Shown piece after piece: positions 46,926 through 55,741 of a stretch of 64,000 bases of DNA. Numbering within the stretch: the stretch's first letter is position 1; every line of letters starts with the position of its first letter. This stretch comes from an uncultured Ardenticatenia bacterium (GTDB taxonomy: Bacteria > Chloroflexota > Anaerolineae > 4572-78 > NAK82). The notes under the pieces are model-generated. The model ran no database searches. It was given only the letters and a program-made list of their open reading frames with translations, and was not told where the DNA came from. A program made the translations under genes and the position numbers. The DNA lies in NCBI GenBank assembly GCA_937127125.1, contig CAKZLO010000006.1:5535-69534 (forward strand). The letters run 5' to 3'.

Positions 46926-47834
46926 ATGAAACCACGGATTGGATTCATCGGTCTAGGTATAATGGGACGCCATATGGCGAACCACCTGTTGCATGCTGGT
47001 TATCCCCTGGTGGTGTACGATCTCGTGAGCCAAAAGATGGAAGAAGCGCTCAGTGCTGGTGCGCAGGCAGGTAGCTCGTGTAAAGATGTGGCGGCACGGA
47101 GCGATGTGGTCATCTCGATAGTGCCCGATTCTCCCGATGTCGAAGCAGCAGCACTGGGAGAGGACGGCATTATCGCGGCAGCACGAGCTGGGCTGATCTA
47201 TATTGATATGAGCACCATCGCACCACAGACAGCAATCAAAGTTGCTGAAGTATTGGGCCGGAAAGGAGTGCGCTGCCTCGATGCACCGGTAAGCGGGGGA
47301 GAGGTCGGCGCCAAGACCGCCAGTCTCTCTATTATGGTGGGAGGCCCGAGGGATCTTTTCGACGAAATGTTGCCATTGTTCCAGGTCATGGGCAAGACCG
47401 TCACATACTGCGGCACCTACGGTGCAGGCCAGACCGTCAAAGCCTGCAACCAGATTCAGGTGGCGCTTAACTTTGTCGGCATGGCCGAGGCGTTGGTGTT
47501 GGGCGCCAAGGCGGGAGTTGACCCAGCCATTATCCTGAAAGTGCTGAGCGCTGGCTATGCCCAGACGCGCGTTATGGATGTGCGTGGCCCCAAGGTGATC
47601 AAGGGAGAATTCGAGCCAGGCTTCAAGAGCAAGTTTCATTACAAAGACCTTAACATCATCATGGCGACGGCGCGCGACCTACAAGTTCCCTTGCCCGCTA
47701 CAGCCATCGCGCATGAGCTCTTCAGCGCCTTGCTGGCGGCAGGACGTGGAGAGCTAGATCACTCCGCCGTCATCACTGTGCTGGAGGACCTGGCGGGTGT
47801 CCAAGCGCGCACGTCCCAGCCAACGCAGGAGTGA
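46926..47834 (+). CDS. NAD(P)-dependent beta-hydroxyacid dehydrogenase (2-hydroxy-3-oxopropionate reductase / 3-hydroxyisobutyrate dehydrogenase family)
   Basis: IGFIGLGIMGRHMA Rossmann motif and the family's DAPVSGG and KDL motifs. AAGGAGGG RBS before the ATG at 46926. Confidence 0.85.
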   Translation: MKPRIGFIGLGIMGRHMANHLLHAGYPLVVYDLVSQKMEEALSAGAQAGSSCKDVAARSDVVISIVPDSPDVEAAALGEDGIIAAARAGLIYIDMSTIAPQTAIKVAEVLGRKGVRCLDAPVSGGEVGAKTASLSIMVGGPRDLFDEMLPLFQVMGKTVTYCGTYGAGQTVKACNQIQVALNFVGMAEALVLGAKAGVDPAIILKVLSAGYAQTRVMDVRGPKVIKGEFEPGFKSKFHYKDLNIIMATARDLQVPLPATAIAHELFSALLAAGRGELDHSAVITVLEDLAGVQARTSQPTQE

Positions 47835-47942
47835 GCTCTATGTTGGGGCCGCTGGGGACAGCCATAAAACCACAACGTTTTACCCTGATAGTCTTGTTAG
47901 GCAGTATAGTTTGAACCTCGACGGACACGGAAAGGGTCGAAG

Positions 47943-49214
47943 ATGAGATTTAAGCTGGCATATGGCAAGACAGGCTTGACAGTCGAGCTTCCGGACGAAC
48001 TGGATGTCACGGTTGTCGCGCCGCGCTATGTTCCGCCTGTGGAAGATGAGCGGGCTGCTTTACTGGAGGCTCTGGCCAAGCCGATCGACTCACCTCCCTT
48101 GCGCGATCTGGTGAAACCCGGCGACCGAGTCGGCATTGTTTTCAGTGATATCACGCGACCGACGCCCAACCATCTGGTAGTGCCTGCCGTGATTCATGCT
48201 TTGAGTCATATCCCGGCGCGCAACGTCATACTGTTTGACGCGCTCGGCACCCACCGTGCCAATACTGAGACAGAGTTGCGCGAGATGCTGGGTGACGAGA
48301 CGGTTGATTGTTATCGAATCGTGCAAAACAATGCCTTCGATCCCGCTACACAGGTGTGCCTGGGTATGAGCCAGTACGGCCACGAGATATGGGTGAACCG
48401 CGAGTTTTACGAATGTGAGGTCAAAATCTTGACTGGGTTTATCGAGCCACATTTCTTCGCGGGATTTTCGGGAGGAGGCAAGGCGGTCATGCCTGGGATG
48501 GCGGGCCAGCAGAGCGTCCTCGGGAATCACGATGCCACTATGATTGCTCACCCCAATGCCACCTGGGGAGTGCTGGAGAACAACCCAGTCCAGGAAGAGA
48601 TTCGGGAAGTGGCGAGCAAAGTTAACCCCACTTTCCTCCTCAACGTGGCACTTAATCGAGACAAGCGCATCGTTGGTGTGTTTGCTGGCAACGTAGAATC
48701 GGCCCACGCGCTAGGATGTCGTTTCGTCAAAGAGCACGCTATGGTGGCCGCGGAAGAACCCTATGACATTGTCATCACCAGTAATTCAGGATACCCATTG
48801 GATCTTAACGTGTACCAGTCTGTGAAAGGGATGAGCGCTGCGGCGCAGATAGTCCGTCCCGGCGGCGCCATCATCATCGCTGCCAGCTGTTGGGATGGCA
48901 TCCCCGATCACGGTCTGTATGGAGAACTGCTGCGCGCGTGCGACAGCCCTCAGGCAGTCCTGGAGATGGTCTCACGACCTGGGTTCTCAAAGCAGGATCA
49001 ATGGCAGGTGCAGATTCAGGCACAGATCCAGCTCAAGGCTGACGTGTATCTCTACACGGACAATCTGACGGACGAGCAGATATATTCTACTTTGCTGAAA
49101 CCCAGCCGCCGCATTGAGGAGACCGTGCTGGATCTGGTGAAACGGATGGGGAAGGATGTGCGCATCTGTGTGCTCCCCGAAGGCCCTCAGACGATACCAT
49201 ACCTGCAGTCCTGA
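47943..49214 (+). CDS. larA: LarA-family nickel-pincer-dependent 2-hydroxyacid racemase/epimerase homolog (DUF2088)
   Basis: Size and N-terminal pattern (LAYGKTGLTVELPD...; ITRPTP; GTHR) resemble LarA. No larB, larC or larE is seen in the window. Confidence 0.65.
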   Translation: MRFKLAYGKTGLTVELPDELDVTVVAPRYVPPVEDERAALLEALAKPIDSPPLRDLVKPGDRVGIVFSDITRPTPNHLVVPAVIHALSHIPARNVILFDALGTHRANTETELREMLGDETVDCYRIVQNNAFDPATQVCLGMSQYGHEIWVNREFYECEVKILTGFIEPHFFAGFSGGGKAVMPGMAGQQSVLGNHDATMIAHPNATWGVLENNPVQEEIREVASKVNPTFLLNVALNRDKRIVGVFAGNVESAHALGCRFVKEHAMVAAEEPYDIVITSNSGYPLDLNVYQSVKGMSAAAQIVRPGGAIIIAASCWDGIPDHGLYGELLRACDSPQAVLEMVSRPGFSKQDQWQVQIQAQIQLKADVYLYTDNLTDEQIYSTLLKPSRRIEETVLDLVKRMGKDVRICVLPEGPQTIPYLQS

Positions 49215-49250
49215 GGCGTATTCCACGAAGGCGCCATGTTTCTTCTTTGT
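49215..49250 (+). terminator. intrinsic terminator candidate after larA
   Basis: GGCGUAUUC-CAC-GAAGGCGCC is an imperfect stem followed by the U-rich AUGUUUCUUCUUUGU. Confidence 0.4.
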
Positions 49251-49259
49251 CCTGAGGAA

Positions 49260-49287
49260 TTGTTGGAATCTTACTTTATGTTATAAT
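49260..49287 (+). promoter_or_regulatory. promoter candidate for the response regulator operon
   Basis: TTGTTG, a 16-nt spacer, then TATAAT (49282..49287). A roughly 130-nt leader follows. Confidence 0.4.
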
Positions 49288-49419
49288 TAAGGAAACTGAT
49301 GCGCAAATCAAAGCGTCTATGATAGGAGACACAACATCTGACGGATCTGTGTCGAATGGTTTGGTCTTGCACAAGACCTATGTCGTGGCGATGCGCCTCG
49401 ACGCATCCCAGGAGAGCCT

Positions 49420-50109
49420 ATGAGTATTTCCTTATTGTTAGCGGATGACCATGCCGTCGTACGGGCTGGAACACGACAGCTGCTGGAACGCCAGCCAGAC
49501 ATGCGCGTCGTGGGTGAGGCTTCCAACGGCGAGGAAGCGGTGCGGCTCGCAGTGCAATTGAAGCCCGATGTCGTGGTGATGGATGTGCGCATGCCGGGGA
49601 TGTCGGGCGTGGAGGCGACGCGCCGAATAAAACAGGAAGTCCCTCAGGTGGCTGTGCTTGTGCTGACCGCCCACGACGATGACGAATACATTTTCGCGCT
49701 CTTGCAGGCAGGCGCCAACGGTTATCTCTTGAAGACAGCAGAAATTGATGAGCTCGTCCGTGCCATCCGCGCGGTGGCCGCGGGCCGTTCTATGTTGGAC
49801 CCCGTTGTTGCAAGCAAAGTGATGGCTCAGTTTGCCAGCGGCCGTGCCCCTGCCGAGTGGTTGTCCGGAGCCAAGAAGGACGAGTATGAGGGCCTGACCG
49901 AACGCGAGCTGGAAATTCTTCGCCTGGTGGGCAAGGGTCTTACCAACAAGGAAATTGGCCGCAAACTCTTCATCAGCGATCGCACTGTCCAGGCACACCT
50001 CTCGAACATCTTCTCCAAATTGGGGGTTGGGTCGCGTACAGAGGCAGCCATGTACGCGGTCAGGCGTGGTTGGGTCACCGATTACGAGAAGCCTGAACGG
50101 GACGAGTAA
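49420..50109 (+). CDS. NarL/FixJ-family response regulator (REC + LuxR HTH)
   Basis: LLADDH...[14 protein letters not shown] receiver domain and a C-terminal [45 protein letters not shown]. Confidence 0.9.
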   Translation: MSISLLLADDHAVVRAGTRQLLERQPDMRVVGEASNGEEAVRLAVQLKPDVVVMDVRMPGMSGVEATRRIKQEVPQVAVLVLTAHDDDEYIFALLQAGANGYLLKTAEIDELVRAIRAVAAGRSMLDPVVASKVMAQFASGRAPAEWLSGAKKDEYEGLTERELEILRLVGKGLTNKEIGRKLFISDRTVQAHLSNIFSKLGVGSRTEAAMYAVRRGWVTDYEKPERDE

Positions 50110-51450
50110 ATGAAGCCGACTAGGCCTTCTTTGACGGGCAGCCGTTCAAGACGCGTTTGGCCTGTATGGTTTGTCATTATCACTCTGCTCGCTGGATGTG
50201 TCTTCAACCCGCTATCCTCAGAGCCGTTGAGCGATCTGCCTGCTGTGAATCCTGGGATTCCGATCGAGGCAACGACACTGGAGGTGTGGTTGAGCCTGGA
50301 CATGGTAGTGCCTGATCGGCTCTTTGAGGAGCTGGCGGCAGATTTCGAGGAAGCGTACCCCAACGTCAATGTCAACATCCATGGGTTCGTCTATCAGAGC
50401 ATTCCCGATCGGGTGAAGAAGGCGCTGCAGGTGGGTGATCCCCCTGACGTGGTGCAGGCCCATGTAGCAGCAATGGCGGCACAAGGTCTCGCGGAGCCGC
50501 TGGACAACCTGTGGGATGAATGGGGTGCCCAAGACGATTTCCTGCCGCAGGCGATGGAACAGGTCACCTGGGACCGGGTGAAATATGGAGTACCTCTGGA
50601 CATTTATACCCTTGTGCTCATCTACAACGAGGCCCATTTTGATGAAGCAGGGCTCGCATATCCAGATGCCAGCTACACATGGAAGCAATTTGCGGCCGAT
50701 GCGGCGGCGTTGACACGTCCAGACGGAACCCGCTATGGCGTGGGTTTCACCACAGATCCTTGGCATGTGTTTGCCTGGTTAGCTGAAGCTGGTGGCAACC
50801 TGGTGTCAGGTGACTCATTTATTGGCTACCGCTTCACTCTCGACGCTCCCGCGAACGTTGAGGGGCTGCGCTTCCTCACCACGATGGCGCGCAACGGGTA
50901 TGGCCCTTTGCCGACCACGCGGCCACGCGACTACGAGGATCCGCGCAAACTATTCCTGGCGGGCAAGGTCGCCATGTTCTTTGGTACACCTTACGATATC
51001 CATTATATTGTCACCCATGCCCCCGACTTTCCGATTGGGGTAACCGAATTGCCCAAAACGCCTGCGGGTGCTGCAGCTGCTTCAGCGCTGGGCAGCACAG
51101 GTTTGTTTGTGCCGCGTGGCAGCCGCAACAGACAGGTCGCTTTTGAGTTTATGAAATGGGTAACCAGTGACCGGTATGGGCTGGCTATGGCGCGCCGTTT
51201 GGGGCGCTACCCGGCCCGCAAGTGGTTGTTGTCCACCCCCCACTTCGCCGGTGACCCTTTGCTGAAACCTTTTCTAGTTCAGCTTGAGTCGGCGCGTCCC
51301 TACCTGCTCGATGCGTTTCCAGAGGTGGAACGTGCCTACGCGGATGCTATCAAAGCATCTTTCTACGGCGCCGAGGCAGCGGATGCACTTCGCCTTGCTC
51401 AGGAGCTGGCCAACCAGTACGCGAGGGAAGCCTCGAAGAGAGTTCAGTAG
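50110..51450 (+). CDS. extracellular solute-binding lipoprotein (ABC-type family 1, sugar-binding-like)
   Basis: Signal peptide with lipobox (LLAGC) and an SBP_bac_1-like body. No permease or ATPase genes are adjacent. Its ATG directly follows the regulator's TAA. Confidence 0.8.
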   Translation: MKPTRPSLTGSRSRRVWPVWFVIITLLAGCVFNPLSSEPLSDLPAVNPGIPIEATTLEVWLSLDMVVPDRLFEELAADFEEAYPNVNVNIHGFVYQSIPDRVKKALQVGDPPDVVQAHVAAMAAQGLAEPLDNLWDEWGAQDDFLPQAMEQVTWDRVKYGVPLDIYTLVLIYNEAHFDEAGLAYPDASYTWKQFAADAAALTRPDGTRYGVGFTTDPWHVFAWLAEAGGNLVSGDSFIGYRFTLDAPANVEGLRFLTTMARNGYGPLPTTRPRDYEDPRKLFLAGKVAMFFGTPYDIHYIVTHAPDFPIGVTELPKTPAGAAAASALGSTGLFVPRGSRNRQVAFEFMKWVTSDRYGLAMARRLGRYPARKWLLSTPHFAGDPLLKPFLVQLESARPYLLDAFPEVERAYADAIKASFYGAEAADALRLAQELANQYAREASKRVQ

Positions 51451-51458
51451 CTGCTTGG

Positions 51459-53291
51459 ATGAAGCTTATGGGATATAAGCCTTTCAGTGTGGTCGTACGG
51501 GGGATCAAAAATCTGGACAGCCTTTCCTTCCTGGCTGTGCTCGTCACTGTCTTGCCGTTGACCGTGCTGTTGGGGCTCTCTGTCGCCGCTGTTTTTTATG
51601 TGTATCAGCAAGTAGCCGAGCAACTCGCCCTGGGGCGTAATGAAGAAATCGCTCGCATCTCCGCTGACCGCCTTTCGGAGAATCTAGCTGGTTTTGTGCG
51701 CGTGCTGACCACCATCTCACGCCTCGACATCGTGCGCAGTGGTGATCCCGCTCAGCAGCAAAATGCTCTGACTCAGGCGCGTGACTTGCTCCTGGATTTT
51801 GATGGGGGTGTCATTGTGCTGAATCAGGCAGGCATCTGCACGGTGACTGAACCCTATCGTCCTGACTTGCTGGGCCAGGATTTCTCAAGCCGCCCTTATT
51901 TTCAGACGACCCGCCAGATGAAGCTGGTCACCTTCTCGGACATTATGCAAGAAGAAGGCTCTGGTGAGGATATCATCGTGGTCGCCGTGCCGATCCTCTC
52001 ACGAGAAGGCGAATTCCGCGGGATACTCTCAGGACGCTTCTATGTCCAATTCCAGCGCATCGGCGAGGAAATCCGCAAGCTGCACAGCGATGAAGTGGGT
52101 GAGGCTTACTTGATCGACCGCAAAGGTCGAGTGATTTACCATCCCAACTATGCACTCATCGGCACCGATTTCAGCCAACGCCTCTCGGTCGGTCGTCTGC
52201 TGAGCGGGGATCGCCAGGGTGCTGTGATCGTGGAAGGAGAGGATGGCATACGCCGGGTGGTGGGCTATGCTACCGTCGGGGTCACTGGCTGGGGGCTGAT
52301 CGTCCAGGAACCTTGGGCTGAGGTCGTGGCACCAGCGGTGCGCTCACTACGTCCCATCGTCGTTGCGCTCGTAATTGGAATTGGTGCGCTCATCGCATTT
52401 TTGTCCATGGGGGTACAGCGTGTGGTCGGTCCCATCACGAGGATGGCGGCGTACGCACGGCTGGTTGCTGCGGGTGACTACACTGTCCATGTGCCTACGA
52501 ATCCGATCCGCGAATTGCGGGACATGGCCGATGCATTCAATGAGATGGTCGAACAGATATCGCGTTATCAGGCAGGGCTGCGCCAATATGTGGCTGCCAT
52601 CACCAAGTCTCAAGAGGAAGAACGTCGTCGCATTGCCCGTGACCTGCATGACGATACGATTCAGGCGCTGATCGCAATTGGTCAACGTCTGGAGCTGGCG
52701 CGTGATCTCATCCACGAGTCGCCGGATGAAGCAATTGAGCAGCTGCGCGATTTGCGCAAGATGGTCACGCGAACGATCGAGTCGGTGCGAGCGTTCAGTC
52801 GCGATTTGCGGCCAACTGCCTTGGAGGATCTGGGGCTGGTGCCAGCACTACAATACCTGGTGAACAACTTGATACAAAAGGATGGCATTGACGCCTCCCT
52901 GAGTGTAGAAGGTTCACCTGAAGGGCTGCCCCCCGATCTGGAGGTGACCATCTATCGCATCGTCCAAGAAGCTCTCACCAATATCCATCGGCATGCCAAG
53001 GCTTCCCTTGTGCGCGTGCAGGCCCAGTTTCTGCCGCACGTGATCACTATTACGGTTCGTGACAATGGCGTGGGATTCACCGTGCCCGATGACATCACCG
53101 AGCTTGCTAACCAGGGCAATTACGGCCTGTTGGGATTGCGGGAAAGAGCCCAGCTATTTGGAGGTCAGCTGATCATCACCTCACAGCCTGGCGAAGGAAC
53201 AGAGATACAGGTCCTGTTGCCACTTCAGCTGCCGCCGCCTCAGCCTCAACCCAGCGAGAAGGTGACCGCTGAGGCATTCCACGGAGGATAA
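51459..53291 (+). CDS. sensor histidine kinase (TM, Cache-like periplasmic domain, TM, HAMP, HisKA_3, HATPase_c)
   Basis: Two TM segments flank a roughly 250-aa extracytoplasmic domain. HAMP region (PIRELRDMADAFNEMVEQI), H-box DLHDDTIQAL, and N/G boxes (NIHRHA, DNGVGF, GLLGLRERA). Confidence 0.9.
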   Translation: MKLMGYKPFSVVVRGIKNLDSLSFLAVLVTVLPLTVLLGLSVAAVFYVYQQVAEQLALGRNEEIARISADRLSENLAGFVRVLTTISRLDIVRSGDPAQQQNALTQARDLLLDFDGGVIVLNQAGICTVTEPYRPDLLGQDFSSRPYFQTTRQMKLVTFSDIMQEEGSGEDIIVVAVPILSREGEFRGILSGRFYVQFQRIGEEIRKLHSDEVGEAYLIDRKGRVIYHPNYALIGTDFSQRLSVGRLLSGDRQGAVIVEGEDGIRRVVGYATVGVTGWGLIVQEPWAEVVAPAVRSLRPIVVALVIGIGALIAFLSMGVQRVVGPITRMAAYARLVAAGDYTVHVPTNPIRELRDMADAFNEMVEQISRYQAGLRQYVAAITKSQEEERRRIARDLHDDTIQALIAIGQRLELARDLIHESPDEAIEQLRDLRKMVTRTIESVRAFSRDLRPTALEDLGLVPALQYLVNNLIQKDGIDASLSVEGSPEGLPPDLEVTIYRIVQEALTNIHRHAKASLVRVQAQFLPHVITITVRDNGVGFTVPDDITELANQGNYGLLGLRERAQLFGGQLIITSQPGEGTEIQVLLPLQLPPPQPQPSEKVTAEAFHGG

Positions 53292-53480
53292 TATCCGAGG
53301 CAGCAGATTCTCCCCCCAACCCTCTCGCTACGCGTAATGGCGTAGCATCACATCGGGCAGATAGGCAGATTGACCATTGAAAATGACGGTCGAAAAAGCC
53401 TATACTGAGACATGGTTCGCTAATCTGATGCGCGCACGATTTGGTACAACAGTGCGCAGCAAGAGGGGGTTGTCTCATTC

Positions 53481-53648
53481 ATGGAAGCTGTATTCGTGGT
53501 TCTGTTGATCCTGGTGTTGGCTGGGGTAGCATACGCGCAATGGCAGCGTGGAGCTGTCCGCACAGTAGGTTCTTTCTTGTTGGACGAAGAAGAAAACAGA
53601 GAGCTCGCCAAACTGGCTGTCACCAGTGGCAAGCCCGACAGCCATTGA
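53481..53648 (+). CDS. small single-TM protein (55 aa), hypothetical
   Basis: This ORF is below the track cutoff: MEAVFVVLLILVLAGVAYAQWQRGAV...EEENRELAKL... AGAGGGGG lies 11 nt upstream. No homology is recognised. Confidence 0.35.
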   Translation: MEAVFVVLLILVLAGVAYAQWQRGAVRTVGSFLLDEEENRELAKLAVTSGKPDSH

Positions 53649-54041
53649 GCTGAGCAATTGCTCTCCCCGCTGAACCCTTTTTCACACTTCTGCTGCTTTC
53701 TATCGGCACACCGGCTAGCTGTTCCCTGTCCTGTCGCGACGGACGTGAACAGCTTTTGTGTGCCTTTCTCCTGTCTGTCCAGGCATGCCGCGAGAGCACC
53801 TTCCGTTCGCCATGTGGGCGGCTGATGCGCCTGCTTGGGAAGAGGCCCCCGTACTATATGCTTCAGTAGGTAGTTCCCCCAGTTTGTTGCAACCCTTGGG
53901 CGTGTGCCTTTCCCCGGGGAAGGATTTTGCGGCCCACGCACTCTTCCAGCTATGCCGTCAAAAAAGAATTTTGTGCTACAATTGGGTCAATACCCAGGCA
54001 GCGTGCTTGCGAGCTCAGACACCAGTGACCGAGGTGGCTCG

Positions 54042-55169
54042 ATGTTCATACTTGCAGTTGACATAGGTACAGGCACTCAAGATATTTTGCTCTTCGACAG
54101 TGAACGCGAAGTGGAAAATTGCTTCAAGCTGGTGATGCCATCGCCGACGGTTCAACTGGCGGAGGCAGTCCGCAGGGCAACCCGTCGCGGTGAGGATATT
54201 GTGCTCACCGGGGTCCTGATGGGTGGAGGACCATGCGCATGGGCTGTCCAGAATCATCTGAGCGCAGGTTACCGCGTGTATGCCACGCCTGAGGCAGCTC
54301 GCACATTTGATGATGATCTGGAAGCAGTGGCCAACACAGGGGTGACTTTGGTCAGTGAGGATGAAGCACTCGCCATGCGCGATCGGGCCGTCCACCTTCA
54401 CACAGGCGACTTCAATTACCATGCCATGGCCCTATCTTTCGCACAGTTTGGGATCGATCTGGATCGGGATCTGGACGCTTTAGCGATTGCCGTCTTCGAT
54501 CACGGTGAGGCGCCACCCGGGGTGAGCGACAGGCTGTTCCGCTTCGAGTACCTGACCGAGCGGATACGGGCGGAGAACCGCCTGTCTGCTTTTGCCTTTT
54601 GCGCCGAGAATGTACCGCAGATGCTGACCCGCATGCATGCGGTGGCAGCCAGCATACCCCGAGACGACTTGCCAGTGGTTTTGATGGACACAGCGCCGGC
54701 GGCTGTACTGGGTGCATTGCAGGACTCGACCATTGGACAGAGACATTCCGTTATAGTGGTCAATGTGGGCAATTTCCATTGCCTTGCTTTCCGCATGGGC
54801 GAGGAAGGCATCGAAGGAATTTTCGAACATCACACAGGTGAAATCACTTCGGCCCAGCTGGAAGGATTCCTGACACGGCTGGCCGAAGGCTCCATCACCC
54901 ATGAGGAGGTCTTCAACTCCCAAGGTCACGGCGCCATTATGTTTCGCAGGAAGCCCATCCCTCCTGAAGAGCGTCTCCTGGTGGTGACTGGCCCGAGGCG
55001 CAGCATGTTGCGCTCATCGCAGCAGCCTATGTTGTTCGCAGCTCCGTTTGGCGACATGATGATGTCGGGATGCTACGGTCTGATCCGTGCCTGTGGCGAT
55101 GTGATGCCCGAATATGCCCCCATTATTGAGCGCGCCATGAAAGGGGGTGACGGCCGGCCACTGTGGTGA
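54042..55169 (+). CDS. DUF1786-like ASKHA-fold (actin/hexokinase-type ATPase) protein
   Basis: The N-terminal ILAVDIGTGTQDILLFD phosphate-1 motif is typical of ASKHA proteins. GAGGTGG RBS before the ATG at 54042; the ORF track extends to 53904. Confidence 0.55.
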   Translation: MFILAVDIGTGTQDILLFDSEREVENCFKLVMPSPTVQLAEAVRRATRRGEDIVLTGVLMGGGPCAWAVQNHLSAGYRVYATPEAARTFDDDLEAVANTGVTLVSEDEALAMRDRAVHLHTGDFNYHAMALSFAQFGIDLDRDLDALAIAVFDHGEAPPGVSDRLFRFEYLTERIRAENRLSAFAFCAENVPQMLTRMHAVAASIPRDDLPVVLMDTAPAAVLGALQDSTIGQRHSVIVVNVGNFHCLAFRMGEEGIEGIFEHHTGEITSAQLEGFLTRLAEGSITHEEVFNSQGHGAIMFRRKPIPPEERLLVVTGPRRSMLRSSQQPMLFAAPFGDMMMSGCYGLIRACGDVMPEYAPIIERAMKGGDGRPLW

Positions 55170-55255
55170 CAAAAACGGTACAACGAACTGCCCTCCTTCC
55201 TCGAGAGCAGTTCACGAGGTTCACACAGGTGCGACGTTGATCCGGAGGTCACAAC

Positions 55256-55741
55256 ATGAGGTTACCTATTCGCGTTTATACTCTGTCTTACTTCATCAGC
55301 GGCAGATTTGCTTCCAGCGATGCCTTCCTGACCTGGCTTAACAACCCTAACAAACAGACTCTGGAGCTGGCAGAAGCGCAAATTGTGGTGCTGGATCCGC
55401 AAGCGAAACTGCAAAACGTCTCTCAGCCGATGGTCACTGTGCCTAAAGGCCAGATCGTCGCAGTTGGGTTGAATGCACCAGAAGGAGAGACCCTGCTTTC
55501 GCTCCCGTCGCGCGCCGAGCTGGCAGTGCTCTATACGCCCCGTTACGTCATCCAGGGTTACCTTCATCCCAGCGGAGATGTGGCGTTGAGCAATCTCTTC
55601 AACGTGACCGAGGGGATATTCGTGCCGGTCACCCACGCCCAGCTGCATGCTCTGGTGCCAACCCGGGAGGTATCCGGTGACACGGCGCGTCTGATGATGG
55701 TCAACAAAGATTTTGTCGATTGTTACCACCCACGCGTGTGA
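55256..55741 (+). CDS. hypothetical protein (161 aa), no recognised domain
   Basis: ORF with coding-like composition between the DUF1786-like gene and the GT-C gene. Its end overlaps the next ORF's maximal start. Confidence 0.45.
   Translation: MRLPIRVYTLSYFISGRFASSDAFLTWLNNPNKQTLELAEAQIVVLDPQAKLQNVSQPMVTVPKGQIVAVGLNAPEGETLLSLPSRAELAVLYTPRYVIQGYLHPSGDVALSNLFNVTEGIFVPVTHAQLHALVPTREVSGDTARLMMVNKDFVDCYHPRV

Noticed and set aside
53420-53941. A 173-aa minus-strand ORF in the gap between the kinase and the DUF1786-like gene.
   Set aside because: It has no RBS and a low-complexity Ser/Thr/Ala/Arg-rich translation. It overlaps the better-supported 55-codon plus-strand ORF. I treat the region as mostly non-coding.
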